34,151 nucleotides of DNA from contig JBDLQR010000463.1 in the NCBI GenBank assembly GCA_039800485.1, forward strand, positions 1 through 34,151, in the 5' to 3' direction. Position numbers and translations under genes: made by a program. Each line of letters opens with the position of its first letter. The stretch's first letter is position 1. Under the pieces are notes generated by a model that saw nothing but the letters and a program-made list of their open reading frames with translations, was not told the DNA's origin and did no database searches. Shown in pieces: positions 1-6,778 of the stretch. The stretch is from Pseudomonadota bacterium (GTDB lineage Bacteria > Pseudomonadota > Gammaproteobacteria > Ga0077536).

Positions 1-46
1 CACAGGCTGCGAGCGCAGCAGCTCCGGTAGTCGTGGGCTTTATCAT
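1..46 (-). CDS. 5' end (15 codons) of a gene continuing off the left edge. N-terminus MIKPTTTGAAALAAC resembles a lipoprotein signal peptide.
   Basis: Minus-strand ATG at 46-44 is preceded by AAGGAA (complement of 53-58) at 6-nt spacing. The visible peptide ends in an L-A-A-C lipobox-like motif. It is absent from the ORF track because the window edge truncates it. Confidence 0.35.
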   Translation of the reverse strand, partial: MIKPTTTGAAALAAC

Positions 47-558
47 GATTGTTTCCTTGTCCTGCGCTCTCGGGCGCTTGTCTGTTTGCAATCAGCCTGC
101 ACCATCCCGGGCACGGGCGAATCTGGTTTCGAGTCAGTGGTTGCAAGAAGCAGGCCGCATCCATTCGGGGCGCAGGGGGCAATCCACGGGGCTCGGCACC
201 CCATGGGGCTATGAAGGCCGGTACGAAAAAGACGCCAGACGCAATCACCCACGGCGCAGGCAATGCGCATTCAAGCTGCTGTTTCAACGTGTGAAATGGG
301 GAGTCTGCAGGCGCCGGAAGCGCTTGCTGTCGGAGTGTCTGGAATCTTTACAAAGGCAGAACGCGTGGCTCTCACGGCTCACACGACGGACCGAAAACCG
401 TGGCCACTTGGTGATGACTTTTCTGTAGTGTGAGGCGAGTCACGGGAAATGTGCGAACCAGTCGACACTCGCTCCACACGCTCTTTGCCAGAGCATGCAG
501 CTCGCGCCGGACTGCTCGTGGCGAGTGTAAAAAATATTGACCGTCAGGAGCGGCCACA

Positions 559-588
559 GAGGACACCGACCCGCAGGTCAGTGTCCTC
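559..588 (-). terminator. Strong stem-loop just downstream of the 602-2839 gene; possible terminator or mRNA-stabilising hairpin.
   Basis: Arms GAGGACACCGACC (559-571) and GGTCAGTGTCCTC (576-588) flank a 4-nt loop. The single non-Watson-Crick position (567/580) is a G-U pair only in the minus-strand transcript. No U-tract follows directly; the nearest minus-strand T6 is the complement of 529-534. Terminator function is therefore uncertain. Confidence 0.35.
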
Positions 589-601
589 CGCTCAGCGCAG
601 C

Positions 602-2839
602 TCAGGGAGGCGGGGCCACGAAGGGCGCGAGTTCATCACCGCCAAACCACAGCAAGCCACCGTAAGCCGAATTGCTGAGGGGCGCAGCGTTGTTCTTGAA
701 CACCAGGGTGTAAACGTCACTGGTGCCCTTGGTGATGGTGCGCTTGGCTATATCGGTCACCAGGGGCGGAACGCCCACCGGATTGCCGAGAGCATCGGTG
801 GAGCCACCGCCCACGCCTGTGGTGTTGCTCCAGAGCACGTCCCCATCGAGCTTGATCTGCACGAGGTTGCCGTTGATGGCCTGCGGCCAGGTCGCTCGCA
901 ACTGGGTGAGCACGGCATTGTTGGTCGCGGAGTCGTTCTGCACGGTGATCTTCACCTGCTTGTCCTTGACCTCACGCTTCACCACCAAGAGTTCCTGGCC
1001 CGGTACGGGCGGGCATTTCTTGGCTGGCGAGTTGTGCAAGGCGGTGGGGTTGGGTTCAACGGTCCACGTCGCGGGATTGAAACCGATGGCCGACAGCTTG
1101 GCGGCCTTCAGCACTGCGAAGTAGGTATTGTGGAAGTTCCAGCCCGCAGGGAAGGCCGTCTCGGCCGCCGGGGTCAGCGTGTAGTCGCTGATCTTGTCGG
1201 CGGTGGGCGGCGAGGCCAGCAGCAGGTTCGCGACCGCGAGACCCTGCACCTGCACGCCGCTGCTGAAATAGCCGAGATCATTCAGGTTGCGCGCCAACGA
1301 GGTATCCCATTCGAGGTCTGCCGGGGTCAGCGATCCGACCAGCACCTTGCCGTCACCCCCGAAGGGCCCCAGCGAGGCAAAGCCGGAGGGCGTCCCGGTC
1401 TTGGCACTGAGGTAGTCCAGATTGAAGCTGAGCCGCACCGTGCCGCCGGCATCCTTGATCTGGATACCGGCCTTGTCGCTGCCCGTGTAGTCACTGAACT
1501 TGTGGCCATTCGGCCAGCCCACGGCGTTGGCCCCGTAGCTGTTGTCATTCGGTGCCGGGAACTGGTCGTAGCGGATGGCAAGGTCGCCATTGGGCAGCAT
1601 CTCGGTAAAGAAGCCACCAGCCGGGCATGCGAGAGGAGCCGGGATCCCCAGGTAGCGATCGGGGTCCGAGGCATCGATCGTGTCGGGGCCGTAGGGTCCT
1701 TCAAAGCCAGCATCCACGGTGCCGATGTTGACGTATCCGCCGAGTGTCGCCTGACCGCTCGCCGTGCAGGTCACCGATTCATCCGGCGCCAGTGAGGCCA
1801 CGATGTTGTCTGCATTCACACCGTCATCACAGGTGATTTCGCTGTCGGAAAGTTTGTCGTCCGTCACGGTCACATCGGTCAGTGTGAGCTGGCCGGTGTT
1901 GGTGACGAAGTAAGTCCAGGTGACCGGGTTGCCCACCTGCACCTTGGGCCCGGTCAGGGCGGGGTCGTTGTTGTCCGTGTCATTGGTCTTCTTGACGATC
2001 TCCACCGCGGCCTCCGGCGGGAGCGAGTCCAGATCGGACATTCCAACCAGTGGCACATAAGTCGGGCCCGTACTGGCCGCACCGGTGTTGATGTCGAGCT
2101 CGGAGATGAGTCGGGTGGCCGGGTCATAACCGTACAGCTTGAAATCCGAGCCCCAGGCAAGTTGCAGCTGCCGGCTGAGCTCCGGGCGTGGCGTACTGGT
2201 GAGACTGCAGTCGTCCAGTTTCAGCTGGAAGAACACGAAGCGATCATCCGCTGTGCTGCTCGTGTTGAGGGTGTCCTTGGCGCTACCGTAGATCACGCCC
2301 TGCAGGCCCGCGAGGTCGCCCAACTGGAATCGGCTGCTGGTGGTGGGGGAGCAACGCAGGGTTGAGGAAAGTACGTCGCCCGTCGGTCCCAAGGTGACCT
2401 TGTAGAAATCCTTGGTGCCGCCCGGACCGCCGCCGATGTAGTAGTAGTCGTTCTCATACATGAGCGCGCCCGTGGCGCGCCCGACGACCGTACCCCGCAG
2501 TACCGGCGCTGCGGTCGGGTCATCCACATTCACGGAATAGATCTGGTCGTTGGCCGTTCCGGGGTTGACGGAGTAATACAGAAGCCCCCGGGACTTGTCG
2601 AAGGCTATGCCGTTGGGAGAGTTGTCGTTGGTCGAGGGATCGGACGGCAGTGCCACGAAGATCTCCGAGGTTCCCGCGCCGGTACCCGGGATCGTGAGCT
2701 TGTAGATATTGTTGCCTTCGCCCGCAACACCCGTGCCGTAAAGTACGACGGGCGGTGTGGGATCGGCTGCGGCAAACGGGGATACGAGCACGGTCAAGGC
2801 CAGCATCCCTGCGCGAATAAGACCGGGTGGGTGGGTCAT
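602..2839 (-). CDS. Large exported protein of unknown function with a DUF11-type (conserved repeat, Ig-like) domain.
   Basis: Trimmed from ORF 602-2908 to ATG 2839, which has a strong AAGGAGAAGGA ribosome-binding site. Sec-type signal peptide MTHPPGLIRAGMLALTVLVSPFAAA/DP. Central segment GPKVQVGNPVTWTYFVTNTGQLTLTDVTVTDDKL...VTCTASGQATLGGYVNIGTV is typical of DUF11 repeat domains. The rest is unassigned. Confidence 0.8.
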   Translation of the reverse strand: MTHPPGLIRAGMLALTVLVSPFAAADPTPPVVLYGTGVAGEGNNIYKLTIPGTGAGTSEIFVALPSDPSTNDNSPNGIAFDKSRGLLYYSVNPGTANDQIYSVNVDDPTAAPVLRGTVVGRATGALMYENDYYYIGGGPGGTKDFYKVTLGPTGDVLSSTLRCSPTTSSRFQLGDLAGLQGVIYGSAKDTLNTSSTADDRFVFFQLKLDDCSLTSTPRPELSRQLQLAWGSDFKLYGYDPATRLISELDINTGAASTGPTYVPLVGMSDLDSLPPEAAVEIVKKTNDTDNNDPALTGPKVQVGNPVTWTYFVTNTGQLTLTDVTVTDDKLSDSEITCDDGVNADNIVASLAPDESVTCTASGQATLGGYVNIGTVDAGFEGPYGPDTIDASDPDRYLGIPAPLACPAGGFFTEMLPNGDLAIRYDQFPAPNDNSYGANAVGWPNGHKFSDYTGSDKAGIQIKDAGGTVRLSFNLDYLSAKTGTPSGFASLGPFGGDGKVLVGSLTPADLEWDTSLARNLNDLGYFSSGVQVQGLAVANLLLASPPTADKISDYTLTPAAETAFPAGWNFHNTYFAVLKAAKLSAIGFNPATWTVEPNPTALHNSPAKKCPPVPGQELLVVKREVKDKQVKITVQNDSATNNAVLTQLRATWPQAINGNLVQIKLDGDVLWSNTTGVGGGSTDALGNPVGVPPLVTDIAKRTITKGTSDVYTLVFKNNAAPLSNSAYGGLLWFGGDELAPFVAPPP

Positions 2840-2932
2840 CGTCCTTCTCCTTGTGAGCGAAAATCGGGGCGCCAGATGCACGATAGAGCGATCCGGTTGC
2901 GGCTTCAATTTTGTTCACAAAAAAGAGAGCGG

Positions 2933-2952
2933 AACGTGATCCAGTTCACGTT
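2933..2952. promoter_or_regulatory. CRP/Vfr/FNR-family-like palindromic operator upstream of the 602-2839 gene.
   Basis: AACGTGA-TCCAGT-TCACGTT is a perfect 7-bp inverted repeat with the GTGA-N6-TCAC core. It lies about 100 nt upstream of ATG 2839. A plausible sigma70 promoter lies upstream of that ATG on the minus strand: TTGAAG (complement of 2903-2908), 17 nt, TATCGT (complement of 2880-2885). Confidence 0.35.
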
Positions 2953-3088
2953 TCAAACGACAGAACGCAATCAATCTGGCTCCAAGCCTGATCGAAATCA
3001 CGACGCAGGGGTCACAGCACTCTCTTTTGCCCGGGGACAGGCGACAAGGGGAGCCGGCCGGGGCCGGCAGAAAGGAGCGGCGCCGCCC

Positions 3089-3445
3089 TCAGGCGACGCG
3101 GGGGAGTTCGGCTGCTTCCAGGGCTTCCGCCGGCTCTGGCTGTGCCGCAAGCGGTGGACGCAAGGTTTCCATGTTGCTCATGGCAGGGCGAGCGCGGCGG
3201 CGGCTGCGATGATCGGGCGTGGTCATGATGATGCGCGAGAGCTGGAATACGCGGGCCAGGCCAAAAGAGCTCACTGCCACGCCCAGCGTTGCGCCCAGCA
3301 TGCCGAAGAGCGTGGATTCCGCCAGCCGGCTGAGCCAGAGGCCTTCCAGCGGCCCGAGAATGCGCAACATCACCACAACGGAGAGCGTCAGGGCCAGCAG
3401 GCCGAGGAAATCCAGGGTGGAACTGATGCGGCTCAGTCGTTTCAT
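3089..3445 (-). CDS. Small membrane protein, about two transmembrane helices, unknown function.
   Basis: ORF 3089-3568 trimmed to the internal ATG at 3445 (MKRLSRISSTLDFLGLLALTLSVVVML...), with AAGGA 10 nt upstream. Two hydrophobic stretches are followed by an Arg-rich then acidic/Pro-rich tail. No family recognised and the start is uncertain. Confidence 0.5.
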   Translation of the reverse strand: MKRLSRISSTLDFLGLLALTLSVVVMLRILGPLEGLWLSRLAESTLFGMLGATLGVAVSSFGLARVFQLSRIIMTTPDHRSRRRARPAMSNMETLRPPLAAQPEPAEALEAAELPRVA

Positions 3446-3546
3446 GAGGGTGTGGTCCTTTACTCTGTCTACCAGCACGCTAGCGGCGCCATCAATGGCT
3501 GCCTTTAATGATAGTTCGTACGGATGATGATGGTAGAGAGCTGGGC

Positions 3547-3569
3547 AACAAAAACTGTGACAGATCACA
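3547..3569 (-). terminator. Weak candidate intrinsic terminator downstream of the BepA-like gene.
   Basis: The minus strand reads TGTGA-TCTG-TCACA followed by GTTTTTGTTG, about 80 nt after the TAG at 3649-3651. The stem is only 5 bp, so support is weak. Confidence 0.2.
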
Positions 3570-3580
3570 CAATGGTGAAT

Positions 3581-3599
3581 CTTTCACACTGCGTCACAA
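3581..3599 (+). promoter_or_regulatory. Pho-box-like motif; second copy of the phoB-promoter element.
   Basis: CTTTCACACTGCGTCACAA matches CTGTCACAATGCGTCACAC (20140-20158) at 16 of the first 18 positions. It starts with the same CTTTCAC heptamer as 20129-20135. It lies between the BepA-like gene's 3' end and the small membrane protein's 5' end. Its orientation relative to the minus-strand gene is opposite to that at phoB. Confidence 0.3.
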
Positions 3600-3648
3600 T
3601 CGCAGGCCATGAGCGCTTCGGGAAGGCTTCCCGTGTCAAGAACGGCCG

Positions 3649-5199
3649 CTAGTCGCGGCGCCGCTGGCGTTCCTCTTTTTCGCGCCGTTTGGCGCGTTCG
3701 CTGTCCAGACGGTCGAGGTCTTTCTCAATCTCCGCCAGACGCGCATCCACCCGCAAACGCTGATAGTGGGAGATATCAGGAATGGTCTGGGCGAGCTTCA
3801 GCTGCTGCGCGGCGAGCTCCATCTCGCCGATGTTGCGATAGTACTCGGCGAGATCGTAGTGCGAACTCGCACGGTCACCCATTCGTTCCTCGGCTTCTGC
3901 GAGCAGTTTGAAGAAACGCGGATCGCGCTGCTCCGGATCACCGAACTCACGCAGGATCTGCCGCGCTTCTCCGGGTGAACCTGTCAGGGTAAGCAAGCTG
4001 ACATAACCATAGGTGGCCGCGCGACTTGTGGGATCCGCCCGGCGGGCCTTGTCGAACCATGCCAGTGCGTGGTCGAGCTTGCCGGCTTTCTGCTCCAGGC
4101 GTGCCCGCGCAATCTGGAAGGCGAGGATGTTCGGTTGCTCCACCAGCAGCTTGTCGAGCTCGATGCGCGCACGCTCGAAATCACCGGCCTCGCCCAGGGC
4201 GAGGGCATACCCGTAGCGGGCAGCAGTTTCATTGCGATAGCCGCCCTCGCGCAGCAGGTTTTCGTAAAAGGACTTGGCTTCGGCAGGGTCGCGTGCGCTC
4301 AGCACATTGAGCTTCTGCCATACCAGCAGATATTCGTAGCTGTCCTCCCGGACATTGCGGGTGGGCATCTGCTCTGCGCGCTCGCGTGCCTCGGCGATGC
4401 GGTTGACGGTCACCGGATGGGTGCGCAGGTACTCCGGGATGAAGGCGGGGTCGCTGTAACGGTTGGCTGTTTGCAGGCGTTCGAAGAAATTGGCCATGCC
4501 TTCCGTATTGAAGCCGGAGGTGTTCAGCAGTTCGATGCCGATGCGATCGGCCTCTTTTTCGTTCGCACGGGTAAAGTTGATCTGGTACTGCTGCTGGGCG
4601 GCACCTACGGCAGCCAGCGCCCCCATGCCAAGCTGGGGATCGATCGCGCTGAGCACGATGGCACCGATGAAAGCCGCCATGGAAGGGATGCTCATGCGCC
4701 CCGCGGCTTCGATCATCCGCGCGCCATGGCGCTGCGTGAGGTGCGAGACTTCGTGGGCCAGCACGGAGGCCAGCTCGCTCTCGTTGCGGGAGCCGAGGAT
4801 GAGTCCGCTGTGCACACCGATGTATCCGCCGGGCACCGCGAAAGCATTGATGACGGGGCTGTCGACCACGAAGAACGTGAAGTCGCCGTAGTAACCGGCG
4901 TGCTGGCCGATCTCCATGCCGACCTTCTGGATGTAGTCCTCCACCTCCTCGTCGCTCACCAGCGGCGCCTGGCGGCGCATCTGGCGCATGAAGCCCTGGC
5001 CGAGCAGACGCTCCTGCTCCGGAGAGATGTACACACCGGCGGAATCACCGAAATCGGGCAATTCCGTGAGATCGATGATGTCGTTTTCGGTCAGAGGATC
5101 CAGACGATCATCGGCAATCCCCGCCGGCGCACCCGCAAGCAGCACCACCGCCGCGAACAGCGTCAGGCTCAAGCGCTTGATGTGCACGATACGCGACAA
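3649..5199 (-). CDS. bepA: M48-family zinc metalloprotease with C-terminal TPR domain (BepA/YfgC-like periplasmic protease).
   Basis: HEXXH motif (LAHEVSHLTQRH), signal peptide (KRLSLTLFAAVVLLAGAPAGIA) and TPR-like C-terminal half. ORF 3649-5328 was trimmed. TTG at 5199 has GGAGA 6 nt upstream. GTG at 5187 is the alternative start. Confidence 0.85.
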   Translation of the reverse strand: MSRIVHIKRLSLTLFAAVVLLAGAPAGIADDRLDPLTENDIIDLTELPDFGDSAGVYISPEQERLLGQGFMRQMRRQAPLVSDEEVEDYIQKVGMEIGQHAGYYGDFTFFVVDSPVINAFAVPGGYIGVHSGLILGSRNESELASVLAHEVSHLTQRHGARMIEAAGRMSIPSMAAFIGAIVLSAIDPQLGMGALAAVGAAQQQYQINFTRANEKEADRIGIELLNTSGFNTEGMANFFERLQTANRYSDPAFIPEYLRTHPVTVNRIAEARERAEQMPTRNVREDSYEYLLVWQKLNVLSARDPAEAKSFYENLLREGGYRNETAARYGYALALGEAGDFERARIELDKLLVEQPNILAFQIARARLEQKAGKLDHALAWFDKARRADPTSRAATYGYVSLLTLTGSPGEARQILREFGDPEQRDPRFFKLLAEAEERMGDRASSHYDLAEYYRNIGEMELAAQQLKLAQTIPDISHYQRLRVDARLAEIEKDLDRLDSERAKRREKEERQRRRD

Positions 5200-5350
5200 A
5201 CCCTGTCTCCCTGGTGGTGAAGAGCAGTGTACCCGAGGAGCCTCTCGCCGGGCATAGAGGAAAGCCGCGATGAGGCGGGCGCAGCGGGCTTTCACCACCC
5301 CTGCCCCACGGTTACGATGCAATGGCAATTTGCAGGAGCAGACTTGAACA

Positions 5351-6616
5351 ATGCCTGTACGGAACGCTTTTTACGCCCAGTCCGGTGGAGTCACGGCGGT
5401 CATCAATGCCAGTGCCTGCGGTGTCATCGAAACGGCGCGGGCGCATGCATCGCGTATCGGCAAGGTCCTCGCCGGCCGCAATGGCATCATCGGCGCGCTG
5501 GAGGAAGACCTCATCGACACCAGTCTGGAGCCGGCGGCGGCGATTGCCGCACTCCGCCATACGCCAGCGGGCGCCTTCGGCTCCTGTCGCTACAAGCTCA
5601 AAGGCCTGGCCGAGAATCGCGCTGAATACCTGCGCCTGATTGAGGTCTTCAAGGCCCATGACATCGGTTATTTCTTCTACAACGGTGGCGGCGACTCGGC
5701 GGATACCTGCCTGAAGGTCGCCCAGCTGAGCGCGGAGCTGGACTATCCGCTGCAGGCCATCCACATCCCGAAGACCGTGGACAATGATCTCGCCCATACC
5801 GATACCTGCCCGGGCTTCGGGTCGGCGGCGAAGTACGTGGCGGTATCGACGCGCGAGGCGGGATTCGATGTGGCCTCCATGGCCCGCACCTCCACCAAGG
5901 TCTTCGTGCTGGAGGTCATGGGCCGCCATGCGGGCTGGATCGCGGCCGCCGCAGGCCTCGCCCATACCGGGCCGGCCGAGGCGCCGCACCTCATCCTGTT
6001 TCCGGAAATTGCGCTGGATGAAGCGCGCTTCCTGGCGCGGGTGCGGGACACGGTCACCGCCATCGGGCACTGTGTGGTGGTGGTCTCGGAAGGGATTCGC
6101 AACGCCTCCGGGGAGTTCATCGCTGACTCGGGCACCCGGGATGCCTTCGGCCATGCGCAGCTCGGGGGCGTGGCACCCAGGATCGCCCAGCTCATCAAGG
6201 AACGCCTCGGATACAAGCCGCACTGGGCGGTCGCGGACTACCTGCAGCGCGCTGCCCGCCATATCGCCTCTCGCACGGATGTGGAACAAGCCTATGCCGT
6301 GGGCCGCGCCGCGGTGGAGCTCGCGCTCGCAGGGCAGTCCGGATGCATGGTGTCCATCGTACGCAACTGCGATGCGCCATATCAGTGGAGCATCGGGCAT
6401 GCGCCGCTTGCGGAAATTGCCAGCGTGGAGCGCAAGCTGCCGCGGGAGTTCATCACGGAGGATGGTTTCGGGATCACCGAGGCCTGTCACCGGTACCTGC
6501 AACCGCTGATCCTTGGCGAGGACTCTCCACCGTTCCGGGACGGCCTGCCCGACTATGTGCGTCTGACCAACACGCCAGTGCCCAAAAAGCTCGCCAAAGC
6601 TTTCAAAGTGGCCTGA
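5351..6616 (+). CDS. pfp: Pyrophosphate-dependent 6-phosphofructokinase (diphosphate--fructose-6-phosphate 1-phosphotransferase).
   Basis: PFK-family motifs are present: N-terminal NAFYAQSGGVTAVINAS, NGGGDSAD, IPKTVDNDL and MGRHAGW. Asp (codon 5693-5695) and Lys (codon 5771-5773) sit where ATP-dependent PFKs have Gly104 and Gly124 (E. coli numbering). AGGAG lies upstream of ATG 5351. Confidence 0.85.
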   Translation: MPVRNAFYAQSGGVTAVINASACGVIETARAHASRIGKVLAGRNGIIGALEEDLIDTSLEPAAAIAALRHTPAGAFGSCRYKLKGLAENRAEYLRLIEVFKAHDIGYFFYNGGGDSADTCLKVAQLSAELDYPLQAIHIPKTVDNDLAHTDTCPGFGSAAKYVAVSTREAGFDVASMARTSTKVFVLEVMGRHAGWIAAAAGLAHTGPAEAPHLILFPEIALDEARFLARVRDTVTAIGHCVVVVSEGIRNASGEFIADSGTRDAFGHAQLGGVAPRIAQLIKERLGYKPHWAVADYLQRAARHIASRTDVEQAYAVGRAAVELALAGQSGCMVSIVRNCDAPYQWSIGHAPLAEIASVERKLPREFITEDGFGITEACHRYLQPLILGEDSPPFRDGLPDYVRLTNTPVPKKLAKAFKVA

Positions 6617-6778
6617 TTTCTAAGAGAATCCCCGCGCCCGGCCGGACAGGGGGAGGCCGGAAATGCAGTGCGGAACGCCTCAGGGGTGCCCGCTATCTCC
6701 CTGACTCGAACCGGCGTCCTTCCGTCCAGCGACGGAGCGGCAATGCCGGTCCTGGATAACATTCAAGAGGGGTCATAC

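Noticed and set aside
86-146. tRNA-like T-arm: CTGG-TTTCGAG-TCAG, resembling GGTTCGAGTCC.
   Set aside because: The enclosing helix (86-94/138-146) spans only 43 nt. There is no D-arm or anticodon arm, and the T-loop has an extra T. It is not a tRNA.
133-156. SRP-RNA domain-IV-like string on the plus strand: GUCAG-N9-GAAGCAGGCC with a GCAA tetraloop.
   Set aside because: The flanking sequence does not fold into the long SRP hairpin; I tried pairing the arms by hand. The symmetric-loop nucleotides do not fit.
60-215. Possible cobalamin riboswitch on the minus strand. The evidence was a P4-like hairpin CCAUGGGG-UGCCGAG-CCCCGUGG followed by GCCCCC, plus a CCACUG...CGGGAUGG element.
   Set aside because: The highly conserved GGGAA junction, the ACUGU element and the B12 box (AGCCAGGAGACCUGCC-like) are missing. 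The resemblance may simply reflect GC-rich sequence. It is left as part of the generic structured-spacer finding, to be tested with cmscan (RF00174).
449-1795. 448-aa plus-strand ORF opposite the large exported-protein gene.
   Set aside because: This is an antisense shadow typical of high-GC DNA. Its composition is Arg/Gly/Ala/His-rich, it has no ribosome-binding site, and the opposite strand carries a signal peptide and a DUF11 signature. The same reasoning rejects 723-1124+, 1327-1713-, 2162-2365+ and similar entries.
3556-3569. TGTGA-CAGA-TCACA palindrome as a CRP site.
   Set aside because: The spacer is 4 nt rather than the 6 nt required for CRP-type sites. It is more simply read as a weak terminator stem followed by a T-run on the minus strand.
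3609-3911. 100-aa plus-strand ORF immediately downstream of the Pho-box-like motif.
   Set aside because: It lies antisense to the BepA-like gene's 3' end. It is Arg/Ala/Ser/Pro-rich with no ribosome-binding site, so it is very likely a shadow ORF.
5289-5318. CTTTCAC heptamer upstream of pfp as a Pho box, which would imply PhoB control of the PPi module.
   Set aside because: Only one half-site matches; the second heptamer is CCTGCCC. TTTCAC-N17-TACGAT (5290-5318) is explained more simply as an ordinary sigma70 -35/-10 pair. A single 7-mer is expected by chance.
5323-5334. Sigma54-like TGGCA...TTGCA upstream of pfp.
   Set aside because: The GG-to-GC spacing is about 4 nt too short for a -24/-12 promoter.
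4069-6502. Long antisense ORFs 4069-5220(+) and 5312-6502(-), opposite the BepA-like gene and pfp.
   Set aside because: The opposite strands encode proteins with clear catalytic motifs (HEXXH; PFK motifs). The shadow ORFs have low-complexity Arg/Ala/Gly/His composition and no recognisable domains.
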